Source of the DNA: Thermoanaerobaculia bacterium
Lineage (GTDB): Bacteria > Acidobacteriota > Thermoanaerobaculia > UBA5066
NCBI GenBank assembly: GCA_963816185.1
Contig: CAWFJJ010000030.1
Coordinates: forward strand, 256,001-320,000
DNA: 64,000 nt
Direction of reading: 5' to 3'
The notes below the pieces were generated by a model. The model made no database searches. It was not told the DNA's origin and saw nothing but the letters and a program-made list of their open reading frames with translations. How positions within the stretch are numbered: the stretch's first letter is position 1; each line of letters begins with the position of its first letter. Position numbers and translations under genes: made by a program. This document shows, piece after piece, positions 53,086-62,824 of the stretch.

Positions 53086-55761
53086 CTACTTCTCCACGTC
53101 GGACGGCCAGTTGACGACGACGCTCAGGGGAAGCTCGTCGGCCAGCTTTTCCGGGACCACGGCTAGGAAACGCTTGCCGTCCGGGGAGACATCGAAAGCG
53201 ATCCAGCTCAACCGCCCCTTCAGCTCGAAAAGCGGCTTCGGCGCACCCAGCTGGAGCGACGGGTAGGTCTTGACCGGGACCGACGTCATGTGCCGGTCGC
53301 CGGCCAGGTAGAGGAGCTCGTGACCGTCGCGGCTCCAGCGCACGATTCTCGCGCCTCCCGTCGACACGCGCGTCTTCTCCCCGGGCCCCGGAAACGGCAT
53401 TACATAGGCCTCGGGCTGCCCCGACTCGCCGGAGACGAACGCGAGGAAGCGGCCGTCGGGCGAAAATCGTGCATCGTCCTTCAAGGAAGCCGCTTCGAGG
53501 AGCCGGCGCGGCTTTCCCTCTCCCGAGAGCGGAAGCGCCCACATGTCGAACGAGCCCCTGTCCCGCCTCTCGAAGTACACGAGCGTCCGGCCGTCCGGCG
53601 AGATGTCACCGACGACCTGAAAGCCACCCTCCGGGAGGAGCTCTTTCTCCGTGCCGGTCGCAAGGTCCCGACGCACGAGACGAGGGGGCGACCCCTTCAC
53701 CGCCGAGAAAAGAACGCTCTTTCCGCCGGGAAGCCAGATTGCCGCGAACTCGCTGTCCGGTGAAGACGTCACGCGGGTCTCGACGTTTCGCTCGACGTCG
53801 TACGACCAGACGTCGAACGTCCCGAGATCGGCTCGGGCGCGATCGAAGAGAACGGGGCGGCCGTCCGCCGGGATCCGGACGCCGAGATATTCGGCGGGCA
53901 TCCCGATCGTCCCGAGCTCACGGCCCGTCCGGTCGAACCACACGAGGCGATAGACGTCGTCTTGCGGCTGAAACGCGAGGGCACCCCCACGGGACGTGGT
54001 GAACGAACCCGCGGCCGTCGACATGAAGTATCGGACGTGGTCCGCGATCGAAAACGGCCGTCCCGACAGACGCCCGCTACCCGCGTCGAACGGCTGGCCG
54101 AGGAGAACGCCGTCTTTCACGAAAACGAGATAGCCCGGATCGGAGTACTGAACCATCGAGGCCGCGGCCAGCACGAGACGAGCTGGCCGTCCGGGCTCCT
54201 TCAGCATGACTTTTCCTCCGCCCACGACGCGCGCGTAGAAAAGGAACCTCTCGCCGTCCGGCAGGAACCAGGGCCAGACGACCCGCGTTTCGCCGACCGA
54301 GGCGTCGGGTTTCAGAATCGCGGCCGGGGTGCCGCCGGACGCGGAGACGCGATAGATCGCATCGCCTTGGGCGCTGGCGAAAAGGATGTCGCCACCGCGT
54401 CCCCAGGTTCCCGACTTGCCGCTTCCACCGGCGACCTCGCAGACCGAAACGGGCGCACCTCCCGGAACGTCGAGACGCTTCAGGTTGTTCGCGGCGAAGA
54501 ACCCGATCGACACTCCATCGGGGGACCAGAAGACCGACCGGGCTCCCTCAGTGCCCGCCAGCGGTCGCGGCTCGAAGCCGGACAGGGCCCGGAGCCAGAC
54601 GCGCCGCCCTCCTTTCGGATCCGAGGCGATGTACGCGAGCTTCGATCCGTCCGGTGAGAAGGCGAGGCTCGTCGACTCGAGGTCAAATGAGAAGGACCCA
54701 TTCTCAGGGGGCGGGATCGTGAAGCGGATGGACTTCGCGGGCGCGACGCGCGAGGGGCTTCTCAGCAGAAAAGCGGCCGAGGCGGCGAGAACAAGGCCGG
54801 CGACGCAGGCTCCCGCGACCGTCCAGACGACGCGGCGACGCGGGCGGCGGCCCGTAACAGCCGCCGCCGAAAGCGAAGCCCCCGACGACATTTCGAGGCC
54901 GAAGGCGAGGTCCTCCGCCGACTGAAAGCGCTTTTCCGGCCTCTTGTCGAGGCAGCGCGCGACAATCTCCGAGAGCGCCGGCACCACGGCGAGCGGCGGC
55001 TCCGAAAGCGGCGAGGGCTCGTGCCTGAGGATCGCCGTCATCGTCTCGGCGGACGTCGCGGACCGGAAGGGGTTCGTCCCCGAGAGCAGCTCGTAGAGGA
55101 TCGTCCCGAAGGTGAAGATGTCGGAGCGCCCGTCGACGGGCTCTCCGAACACCTGCTCCGGCGACATGTAGCTTACGGTCCCGAACACGGTTCCCGCTTC
55201 CGTGAGAAGCGACCGCGTCCCGGCCGACGTGGGGTCGTCACCGGCGGTGGCCTGCGGCAAGAGCTTCGCGAGGCCGAAGTCGAGGATCTTGACCCGGCCG
55301 TCTCTCGACAGGACGATGTTCTCGGGCTTGAGGTCCCGGTGGACGATCCCTTTCTCGTGCGCGGCGGCCAGGCCCTTCGCGATCTGAACTGCGATCTCCA
55401 CGGCCTTGCGTACCGGCAGCGCCCCGTCTCGCATCCGCTCGCGCAGCGTGTCGCCCGCCACGAGCTCCATGACGAGCAGGTGACGGCTGGAGGAACCAGG
55501 AGACCCCGGAGAACCAGGGATTTCTTCGAATGAATAGATGGCCGCGATGTTCGGATGATTCAGCGCCGCAAGCAGCTTCGCTTCTCTTTCGAAGCGGGTG
55601 ACCCGTTCCTTGTCTTCGAAGAATTCCTCCGGCAGGACCTTGACCGCAACCTCGCGGCCAAGCCGCGCGTCACGGGCTCTGTAAACCTCTCCCATCCCGC
55701 CGGCACCGAGGGGCGAGAGGATCTCGTACGGGCCGAGCTTCGAACCTGGTGCGAGCGTCAA
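53086..55761 (-). CDS. Ser/Thr protein kinase, TM helix, TolB/WD40-like beta-propeller
   Basis: [30 protein letters not shown]; TM VVWTVAGACVAGLVLAASAAFLL; repeated SPDG motifs. Confidence 0.95.
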   Translation of the reverse strand: MTLAPGSKLGPYEILSPLGAGGMGEVYRARDARLGREVAVKVLPEEFFEDKERVTRFEREAKLLAALNHPNIAAIYSFEEIPGSPGSPGSSSRHLLVMELVAGDTLRERMRDGALPVRKAVEIAVQIAKGLAAAHEKGIVHRDLKPENIVLSRDGRVKILDFGLAKLLPQATAGDDPTSAGTRSLLTEAGTVFGTVSYMSPEQVFGEPVDGRSDIFTFGTILYELLSGTNPFRSATSAETMTAILRHEPSPLSEPPLAVVPALSEIVARCLDKRPEKRFQSAEDLAFGLEMSSGASLSAAAVTGRRPRRRVVWTVAGACVAGLVLAASAAFLLRSPSRVAPAKSIRFTIPPPENGSFSFDLESTSLAFSPDGSKLAYIASDPKGGRRVWLRALSGFEPRPLAGTEGARSVFWSPDGVSIGFFAANNLKRLDVPGGAPVSVCEVAGGSGKSGTWGRGGDILFASAQGDAIYRVSASGGTPAAILKPDASVGETRVVWPWFLPDGERFLFYARVVGGGKVMLKEPGRPARLVLAAASMVQYSDPGYLVFVKDGVLLGQPFDAGSGRLSGRPFSIADHVRYFMSTAAGSFTTSRGGALAFQPQDDVYRLVWFDRTGRELGTIGMPAEYLGVRIPADGRPVLFDRARADLGTFDVWSYDVERNVETRVTSSPDSEFAAIWLPGGKSVLFSAVKGSPPRLVRRDLATGTEKELLPEGGFQVVGDISPDGRTLVYFERRDRGSFDMWALPLSGEGKPRRLLEAASLKDDARFSPDGRFLAFVSGESGQPEAYVMPFPGPGEKTRVSTGGARIVRWSRDGHELLYLAGDRHMTSVPVKTYPSLQLGAPKPLFELKGRLSWIAFDVSPDGKRFLAVVPEKLADELPLSVVVNWPSDVEK

Positions 55762-55779
55762 GTTAGGAGGAGTCTCATT

Positions 55780-56487
55780 TTATGATCGACCGGGCCGGCG
55801 GACCGCCGATCTCGTCGTGGCGCTTCGCGGCGACATCCGAAAAACGAGCGCGACTTCGCCCAGGAGGATCAGGTCGCGGTCCGCGAGCGGGGTTGGAGCG
55901 CCAATGCGCATGCCGCGCACGAACGTACCGTTCTTGCTCCCGAGATCCTCGAGCACCGCGGTATCCCCTGTCAGAAGGATCCGCGCGTGCCGGCGGGAGA
56001 CGGTGTCGAGGTCGACCTGGAACGACGCATCCGGATCCCTTCCCACGACGTTTTCGCCCTGGGCCAGCCGGAACTTCTCGCGAGCGCGGTGAAGGTAACA
56101 CTCGCCAAGCTCCTCCTGCGACCGGATCGAGCCGCCGGGGCGCGGCAGCCGCCTCACGGCGCCGACGAAGCGATAGCCGACGCGCGGCACCGTCTCGATG
56201 AGCTCGCCGCCCTCGCTCGCGTCTCCGAGCGCCTTTCTGAGGAGCCAGATCGTCTGGGTCAGCGTCGCATCGGTGACGATCGTGCCGGACCAGAGCTCCC
56301 TGAGCAGCCCCTCGCGATCCAGCAGCTCCCCGGAGCGCCGGACCAGTAGCACGAGCGCATCGAACACCTTCGGGGTCAGGGAGATTTCGGTCCCGGCTCT
56401 GAGAAGAACGTGCTCTCTCTCGTCCAGGCGAAAGGCCCCGAACTCCCAGATCGAATCGTCGGAAGCCTTCATCTCCTCTTCCGGCAT
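55780..56487 (-). CDS. OmpR/CadC-type winged-helix DNA-binding + FHA domain regulator
   Basis: FGAFRLD..LTPKVFDAL..LRKALGD..IETVPRVGYRF, then VGRD..VSRRHARI..LEDLGSKNGTFV (FHA). Start could also be 56544 or 56472. Confidence 0.9.
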   Translation of the reverse strand: MPEEEMKASDDSIWEFGAFRLDEREHVLLRAGTEISLTPKVFDALVLLVRRSGELLDREGLLRELWSGTIVTDATLTQTIWLLRKALGDASEGGELIETVPRVGYRFVGAVRRLPRPGGSIRSQEELGECYLHRAREKFRLAQGENVVGRDPDASFQVDLDTVSRRHARILLTGDTAVLEDLGSKNGTFVRGMRIGAPTPLADRDLILLGEVALVFRMSPRSATTRSAVRRPGRS

Positions 56488-56602
56488 CGATTCTTGCTCT
56501 GACGAAGGCCCCAAGTAAACGTGATCGAAACGTGAGTCCGCCATAGAGGCGCGCGGGCGATCCGGGCGCCAGATTCCGGTGCATGGTCGAAAGGAGAACA
56601 AA

Positions 56603-57409
56603 ATGAGAATCTCGTTCGGGAAGAAAGTCATGATGGCGTTCGCGGCGGTATTGACGCTGGCAACAAGCGTCGCGCGCGCCCAGGCCGATGGCGACGGCTG
56701 CTCCGACGCCACATTGACCGGTTCTTATGCTTTCCGGGTTTCCGGGCAGATCTTCGGACCCAACGGCACCGTCATCCTGCGCGAAGGCGTCGCGATGACC
56801 TCCTTCGATGGTCAGGGCAGGCTCACTCAGGCCGACTTCGTCATGGCCAACGGCGTGCCCCTTTCCGGCCCGACCGATCCCGTCACCGGCTTCCACATTG
56901 ACGAAACGGGGACGTATCACGTCAATTCCGACTGTACCGGCAATGCCGAAATCGATCTCGCTGCACCTCCCGGCTCGACCGGTGCGGTGATCAAGCTCAT
57001 GTTCGTTCTCAGCGACCAGGGCCGCAAGATCCACACGATCGTTTCCGAGCTCATCCCGCCCGGATCGACGCAGCCCGTGGCCGTATCGATCCACAGCGAT
57101 GCGGAGAAACTCATCGAGCCGCAGCTCCACGCGCCGACCGCCTTGTCGAAGGAAGCGCCTCCGAGCAGGAATCTCGGCTGGACGCCGCCGGACAATCTCA
57201 CATCCGGGGACGCCGTGACTTACAACCTGTCGCTGACAGGAGGAAACGGTTCCTGCACGTCAGGATGTCTGATCCACCCGGGAGCACCGTCGTGGTACTC
57301 GATCGGCGCTTCGGTGGGATCCGGCAGCTTTACGTGGACCTTGCAGGCGGTCTCCGCGTCACGGCCGTATGCAGCACCGGTAGCTGGGCCGAACTTCACA
57401 CTGCCATAG
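56603..57409 (+). CDS. secreted hypothetical protein
   Basis: AAGGAG RBS, signal peptide, CSDATLTGSYAF..FDGQG..GTYHVNSDCTG beta-rich domain plus FN3-like tail. Confidence 0.75.
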   Translation: MRISFGKKVMMAFAAVLTLATSVARAQADGDGCSDATLTGSYAFRVSGQIFGPNGTVILREGVAMTSFDGQGRLTQADFVMANGVPLSGPTDPVTGFHIDETGTYHVNSDCTGNAEIDLAAPPGSTGAVIKLMFVLSDQGRKIHTIVSELIPPGSTQPVAVSIHSDAEKLIEPQLHAPTALSKEAPPSRNLGWTPPDNLTSGDAVTYNLSLTGGNGSCTSGCLIHPGAPSWYSIGASVGSGSFTWTLQAVSASRPYAAPVAGPNFTLP

Positions 57410-57442
57410 TCCGCGCGATCGAGGTGTACCGGGACAGGGCTC

Positions 57443-58651
57443 CTAGGGCCGCCGCATCGCGAGAACGCGGTCGGCGATCCTCTCGCCGATCGCGAGCGAG
57501 GCCGTGGCCGCCGGCGACGGGGCGTTCAGGACGTGGAGCACGCGGCCGTGCGCGACGATCCTGAAATCGTCCTCGAGGCGACCGTCGGGGCGCACCGCCT
57601 GCGCACGCACTCCGGATCCGCCGGTCTCGAGGTCCTCCGCCTTGAGGTCGGGCATGAGGCGCTGCAGGGCCTTCACGAACGCCCGTTTGTTGACGGCGCG
57701 GTACATCTCGCCGAGACCCATGCCCATGTACCGCGCGGCGAGACGCCAGAAGCCCGGGTACGTGAACGACTCCCACGCGTCGCGGAGGTCGAACGACGTC
57801 TTCGCGTAACCCTCGCGCGCGAGGGCCAGCACGGCGTTCGGACCCGCTTCGGCGCCGCCGCCGATCATTCTCGTGAAATGGACGCCGAGAAACGGAAAGC
57901 GCGGGTCGGGCACGGGATAGATGAGGTTCTTGACGAGGCCGGCGCGCGAGGGGATCAGCCGGTGATAGTCGCCGCGGAACGGCACGATCCTGAGGCCCGG
58001 GTCGGCCCCGTTCAGCCGCGCGAGCCGGTCCGACTGGAGGCCCCCGCAGTTCACCGCCAGGTCGGCCTCGATCTCCTCGCCGCCCGCGATGATCCTCACG
58101 GCGGATTCCGACGACGACAGCGTCGTGACGCGCGCGCCCGTCCGCACGCGGCCGCCGGCGCCAGCGATCAGCTCCGCGAGCTTCGCGCACACCGCGCGGT
58201 AGTCCACGATGCCCGTCTCCGGGACGTGCAGCGCGCGGATGCCCGCGGCTTGCGGCTCGATCTTTCGGTACTCCTGAGGTGCGAGCGTTCGCACGCCCAT
58301 CAAACCGTTCTCCGCCGCGCGGCGCTCGAGGTCTGCGAGGGCCGGGAGCTCGGACTCGGACGTCGCGACGACGAGCTTGCCGCAGATCTCGTGCGGAACG
58401 GAGTGCTTCTCGCAGAACTCGACGAGCAGGCGCCGCCCCTCCACGCACGTCTTCGCCTTCTCAGAGCCCGGCCTGTAGTAGAGGCCGGAGTGGATGACGC
58501 CGCTGTTGTGGCCCGTCTGGTGCGCGGCGATCCTGTCCTCCTTCTCGAGGACCACGACGGAAAGCGCCGGCGCGCGCTCGAGGAGCTTGAGGCCCGTGGC
58601 CAGGCCCACGATTCCGCCGCCGGTGATGGCGACCTCGACGCGCGACGCCAT
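57443..58651 (-). CDS. lhgO: L-2-hydroxyglutarate oxidase
   Basis: GGGIVGLATG, HQTGHNSGVIHSGLYY, IYPVPDP.FPFLGVHFT, GVRAQA, NAPSPAATASL. Confidence 0.93.
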   Translation of the reverse strand: MASRVEVAITGGGIVGLATGLKLLERAPALSVVVLEKEDRIAAHQTGHNSGVIHSGLYYRPGSEKAKTCVEGRRLLVEFCEKHSVPHEICGKLVVATSESELPALADLERRAAENGLMGVRTLAPQEYRKIEPQAAGIRALHVPETGIVDYRAVCAKLAELIAGAGGRVRTGARVTTLSSSESAVRIIAGGEEIEADLAVNCGGLQSDRLARLNGADPGLRIVPFRGDYHRLIPSRAGLVKNLIYPVPDPRFPFLGVHFTRMIGGGAEAGPNAVLALAREGYAKTSFDLRDAWESFTYPGFWRLAARYMGMGLGEMYRAVNKRAFVKALQRLMPDLKAEDLETGGSGVRAQAVRPDGRLEDDFRIVAHGRVLHVLNAPSPAATASLAIGERIADRVLAMRRP

Positions 58652-58653
58652 CG

Positions 58654-59377
58654 TCAGCGCCCGAGGAGCCCGCGCTCGTGGAACGACACGACGCTCCCGC
58701 GGCCGACGATGAGGTGGTCCTTCACCTCGATGCCGATCTCGCGGCCGGCCGAAGCGAACCGCTGCGTCGTCGCGAGGTCCTCGGGCGAAGGCTCGGGGTC
58801 GCCCGAGGGGTGGTTGTGGTACAGGATGACGCCCGCTGCGCCGGCGAGAATCGCCTGGCGGAAGAGCGGAGCGGGCGCGACCGCAGCATGGGACAGCGTG
58901 CCGCGAAACAGCGGAGCGTCCTTCACGAGCCGGTTCTTCGAGTCGAGAAGCAGACCGCCCATGACCTCCTGCGTCTCGCCCGCGAGGCGCTCCAAGAGGT
59001 AGCGGCCCACGGAGGAAGGGTCGGAGAGAAGATTTTTCTTCGAAAGTGAATCGTGTGAGAGCCTCCGCCGCGATCTCGAGGACCGCCTCGATTCGGGTCG
59101 CCTTCGCGGGGCCGATTCCAGCGGCGAGACCCGCGAGGTCACTCGCTCCGCGGGCGAAGAGGCCCGGGAAGCCGCCGTCTCTCAGGAGGTCCCGGGCCGT
59201 CTCGAGGACGGGCCTCGCGGCGGTTCCCGTGCCGAGGAGAATCGCCAGGAGCTCCTCGTCGTCGAGTGCCTCGGGACCCTTTCTGAGCATCTTCTCTCTC
59301 GGTCTCTCTTCCTTCTTCCTCTCGGCGAGTCGGCCGACCTGCGGGCCGGGCAGCCGCCGCGGGCGCCGCTCGCTCAC
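58654..59377 (-). CDS. radC: RadC family JAB-domain protein (frameshift near 59055)
   Basis: RPREK..GPEALDDEELLAILLGTG, GIGPAKA, HNHPSGDPEPSPED, DHLIVG. Confidence 0.92.
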
Positions 59378-60126
59378 GGGATGCTCTTCACGAGCGCCCT
59401 CGCGATCGCCGGCAGGACTTCCGCGGCTTTCGAGCGGAAGACGCCCGCCGCGAGCGGCGCGAGCGGCGTCTCCTCGATGTTGATCTCGAACACGTACGCT
59501 CCGCGGCGAGCCGCGAGAAGCGCGAGGGACGAAGCAGGCGCCACGACGGAAGACGTCCCGACGACGAAGAAAACGGCGCATTCCTCGGCCGCGCGCGCCG
59601 CGGCCGCCCAGACCTCCGGCGCGAGGGCTTCCCCGAACCACACGACGTCGGGCCGGAGGAGCCCGCCGCACGCGCAACGCGGAAGGGGCGGGATCTCGCC
59701 CTCGGGCGCCGCCGACCTGCGCCCGCACTCCGTGCAGCGCGCGTAGAGAAGGGTGCCGTGCAGCTCGAGCAGGTTCCGGCTTCCCGCGGCCGCGTGCAGG
59801 CCGTCCACGTTCTGCGTCACGAGCGTCATGCGAGGCAAAATGCGCTCCATGCGCGCGAGCGCGAGGTGTCCTTCGTTCGGTCGAGCGTCCCGCAGCTTCG
59901 CGAGGCGCCACGCGTAGAATCGCCAGACCTTTTCGGGGTCTTCCGCGAAGGCGTCGGGCGTCGCGAGATCCTCCGGACGATTCCCCTCCCACAGACCGCC
60001 GGGGCCCCGGAAAGTCGGAAGGCCGCTTTCGGCGGAGATGCCCGCGCCCGTCAGCACGGCGAGCGGGCGCCCGGACAGAAGCTGGGGCAGAAGGTCGAGG
60101 AGCGGCGTGAGGGACGGCTCGCTCAC
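59374..60126 (-). CDS. cobB: NAD-dependent deacylase (sirtuin)
   Basis: GAGISAESGLPTFRG, TQNVDGLH, LHG, CxxC..CxC, RPDVVWFGE, VGTS. Confidence 0.95.
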   Translation of the reverse strand: MSEPSLTPLLDLLPQLLSGRPLAVLTGAGISAESGLPTFRGPGGLWEGNRPEDLATPDAFAEDPEKVWRFYAWRLAKLRDARPNEGHLALARMERILPRMTLVTQNVDGLHAAAGSRNLLELHGTLLYARCTECGRRSAAPEGEIPPLPRCACGGLLRPDVVWFGEALAPEVWAAAARAAEECAVFFVVGTSSVVAPASSLALLAARRGAYVFEINIEETPLAPLAAGVFRSKAAEVLPAIARALVKSIP

Positions 60127-61004
60127 GGCATCTCGCGTTCTCGAACGAGGCGGTCGAGACCGCGCGTCTTGAAATCCTCCGGGACGGACACGAGCGCCTC
60201 GTCGCCCCGAACTCCGGGCCGCACGACGAGATTGCGTACGCGGCGCACGGCCGTCGAACGTGCGCTCGCGGGTTTCGGCGGGGCCTCTGTCCCCGAAGGC
60301 ATTCCAGGCATCTCGGTGCTCGACGTCGACGTGACGGTGATCTCGGCGAACACAGGCAGGCCCGTCACCTTCGCGAGCTCCGCCTCGAGAGCCTCGCGCG
60401 CCTCTCCCCGCGCGGGCAGGAGGCGCGCGAGCGAGTCGAGCGGAGAAAGGGCCTCGGGCAGCTTTGCCGTCTCGACGACTCCGGTCGCCTCGGTCTTCAC
60501 GCGCGTGATGCGCCCCGGCGCCGAGAGGACGACGATCCACCCGGCCTTCAGCCGGAAGCGCGATGTCGGCCGGTCCTGGAAAGCACGCCCTTTGCCGTCG
60601 GGCCGGACGGCGACCTTCACGTCTCGGACCGCCGGCGCCGTCGCGCCCGTGTCCGAGGGCCGGCCCGAAAAGAGCGCGACGAAATCCGCGGCCGACCCGT
60701 CGGCCGCGAGCTTCTCCTGGCGGTCGAGCAGCGTGATGCCGTCCGTGCCGGAGACGACGGATGACGCGGACGAACGCGGGAACGTGCCGTGCGTAAGATC
60801 CCAGCGCGCGCGAGAGTCCCGCACGACCACCGTTCCGCCGGTCGAGACGCCTCTTTCGCCGGCGGGCGTCATGCTCCGCGTGGACTCGATGAGCTCGTAC
60901 GTGACGACCGGAGGGAATGCGGTTTTCGGCGGGACGTCGACGGCCGCCACGAGAGCTGCGGCGAAGAGGGCGAGGCGGGCCAGCATCTCGGAGGATGATC
61001 TCAC
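60123..61004 (-). CDS. secreted hypothetical protein
   Basis: Signal-like N-terminus, host-like codon usage, GTGA overlap with cobB. Confidence 0.7.
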   Translation of the reverse strand: MRSSSEMLARLALFAAALVAAVDVPPKTAFPPVVTYELIESTRSMTPAGERGVSTGGTVVVRDSRARWDLTHGTFPRSSASSVVSGTDGITLLDRQEKLAADGSAADFVALFSGRPSDTGATAPAVRDVKVAVRPDGKGRAFQDRPTSRFRLKAGWIVVLSAPGRITRVKTEATGVVETAKLPEALSPLDSLARLLPARGEAREALEAELAKVTGLPVFAEITVTSTSSTEMPGMPSGTEAPPKPASARSTAVRRVRNLVVRPGVRGDEALVSVPEDFKTRGLDRLVREREMP

Positions 61005-61051
61005 GTCCCGCGCGGTGGACGCGGCTCGAAGCGGCGGCGAGAATGTGAGCC

Positions 61052-62767
61052 ATGGAACCGATCAGCGGGATCACCGCGCGCTCCGACCGCGATGGAATCC
61101 TGAGGAGGATCAAGCTCGTGGGCGAGCCTGAGGCGATGGCCTGGGTGGCCCGAACCCTGTCGGCCGGGGGCCTCCTCGTCGAGCGGCACGACGAGAAGGA
61201 GATCACCGACCCGGACTTCTTCTCGCACTGGCCCCTCGTCTGGGTGACGAGACCCGAGGCCTTCGGGCGCGGCTTCGTCGGGGAGAGGCCGGCGATCCTC
61301 GACATCGCTCCCCACCCTCCCCCCTGCCTCGTCGTGGTGCCGCCCGGCGCCGAGATCACGGATCAGCTCGTACGGCGCATCCGGCTCGAGTCCTTCGAGC
61401 TCGTGCGCGAACGCGACGAAGGGCCTCTTCTCGCGATGCGGCTCGAACGGCTTCTCCTTCTCCAGCGTCGCCGCTCGCAGGAGCACGAGGACGCGTTCAA
61501 GGAGCGGCTCCGCGCCGAAGCGAAACGCAACGACATTCTCGCGTCGATCGCCCTCGCCTCCAGGGACTCGCTCAACCTCGAGGAGGTGCTCGGCGCCGCG
61601 ACATCGCTCCTCGGCACCCGGTTCGCCGCGAATTCGGTCGAAATCTGGTTCCTGAACGAGGATGCGACCTCGTGCACGGTTTTCATGGACTGGCGGCACG
61701 GAGACGCCGGGTCGTCCCTCGTCGGATACGAGCGTCCGCTGCCCGACAGCGAGCCGTTTCGGGCGCTCGTCTCGTCGCGCCAGCCGTACGTCGTCTCCGA
61801 CCGGAACGAGCTCGATCCCGCGTCGTTCGAGTTCGCCGCTCTCGAAGCGCTCGGCGCGACGAGCCTCGTGGGCATCCCGATTCACCGCGAGAGCGAGATG
61901 ATCGGCGTCCTCGGCATGTCGTGGGTCGACCCCCGCGCCTTCCCGCCCGACGAGATCGTTTTCTTCGGGCGCGTCGCCGACCAGCTCGCCCTCGCGATCC
62001 GCGCGGCGCGCCTCTACGGAAACCTGCAGAGCCAGCTCGAGGCTCTCGCTCTGGAGCAGCGGCGCCGCGAGCTCGCCGACCATGACCGGAGCCGGCTCAC
62101 CGCGATGCTCGTGCACGACATGAAGAACCCGCTCTCGGCGCTCTCGGCCGCGCTCGAGCTCACGCGCGACAAGGAGCGGCGGACGGGCGACGTCCGGCTC
62201 GCGAAGATGCTCGACGGCTCGCTGGCTTCGGCGCGCGGCCTGCAGGGGCTGATCGAGGATGCCCTCCTGGTCTACCGCCCCGCGGACGCCCCGGAGACCG
62301 AAAAGCGCCCGACCTCTCCCGCCGATGCGCTCGCGCTGCCGCTCGAGGAGGCTCGTTGGCTCGCGGTCGCGCGCCACGTGACCGTCGAAGCCGACGTGCC
62401 GAAGGGACTCCCGAACGTGCCGCTCGATCTCGCGATGTTCCGGCGCGCCGCGGCGAATCTCCTCGGAAACGCCGTGAAGTTCAGCCCTCCCGGGGGCGTC
62501 GTGCGCGTGAAGGGCGAAATCGTCCCGGACGAGGGCCGGCCTTTCCTGCGCATCTCCGTCACGGACCAGGGCCCGGGCTTTCCCGCGGCGGAGAAGTCGC
62601 GCATCGCGACGCCCTATCTGAGGTTCCAGGGCAGCGAGAAGGTGCCCGGCACCGGCCTGGGCCTCACCGTCGTCCAGAAGGTCCTGCAGGCCCACCGGGG
62701 CCGCCTCGACGTCGCGAACAACGACGACGGCCCCGGCTCGACGTTCACGCTCTGGATTCCGGCCTGA
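61052..62767 (+). CDS. GAF domain sensor histidine kinase
   Basis: GAF (SLVGIPI..IGVL..F..DEI.F..VADQLALAI), HDMKNPL H-box, NLLGNAVKFS, DQGPG, GTGLGL. Confidence 0.93.
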   Translation: MEPISGITARSDRDGILRRIKLVGEPEAMAWVARTLSAGGLLVERHDEKEITDPDFFSHWPLVWVTRPEAFGRGFVGERPAILDIAPHPPPCLVVVPPGAEITDQLVRRIRLESFELVRERDEGPLLAMRLERLLLLQRRRSQEHEDAFKERLRAEAKRNDILASIALASRDSLNLEEVLGAATSLLGTRFAANSVEIWFLNEDATSCTVFMDWRHGDAGSSLVGYERPLPDSEPFRALVSSRQPYVVSDRNELDPASFEFAALEALGATSLVGIPIHRESEMIGVLGMSWVDPRAFPPDEIVFFGRVADQLALAIRAARLYGNLQSQLEALALEQRRRELADHDRSRLTAMLVHDMKNPLSALSAALELTRDKERRTGDVRLAKMLDGSLASARGLQGLIEDALLVYRPADAPETEKRPTSPADALALPLEEARWLAVARHVTVEADVPKGLPNVPLDLAMFRRAAANLLGNAVKFSPPGGVVRVKGEIVPDEGRPFLRISVTDQGPGFPAAEKSRIATPYLRFQGSEKVPGTGLGLTVVQKVLQAHRGRLDVANNDDGPGSTFTLWIPA

Positions 62768-62824
62768 GCGGCCGCACGGCGTGAACCCCTAAGGGCCTCT
62801 CTGCGTACTTAAGCTCGAAGCCTC

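Noticed and set aside
58654-60126. Sir2 + JAB pair as an anti-phage system
   Set aside because: Both look like housekeeping forms (CobB with Zn ribbon; full-length RadC with HhH) in an operon with lhgO.
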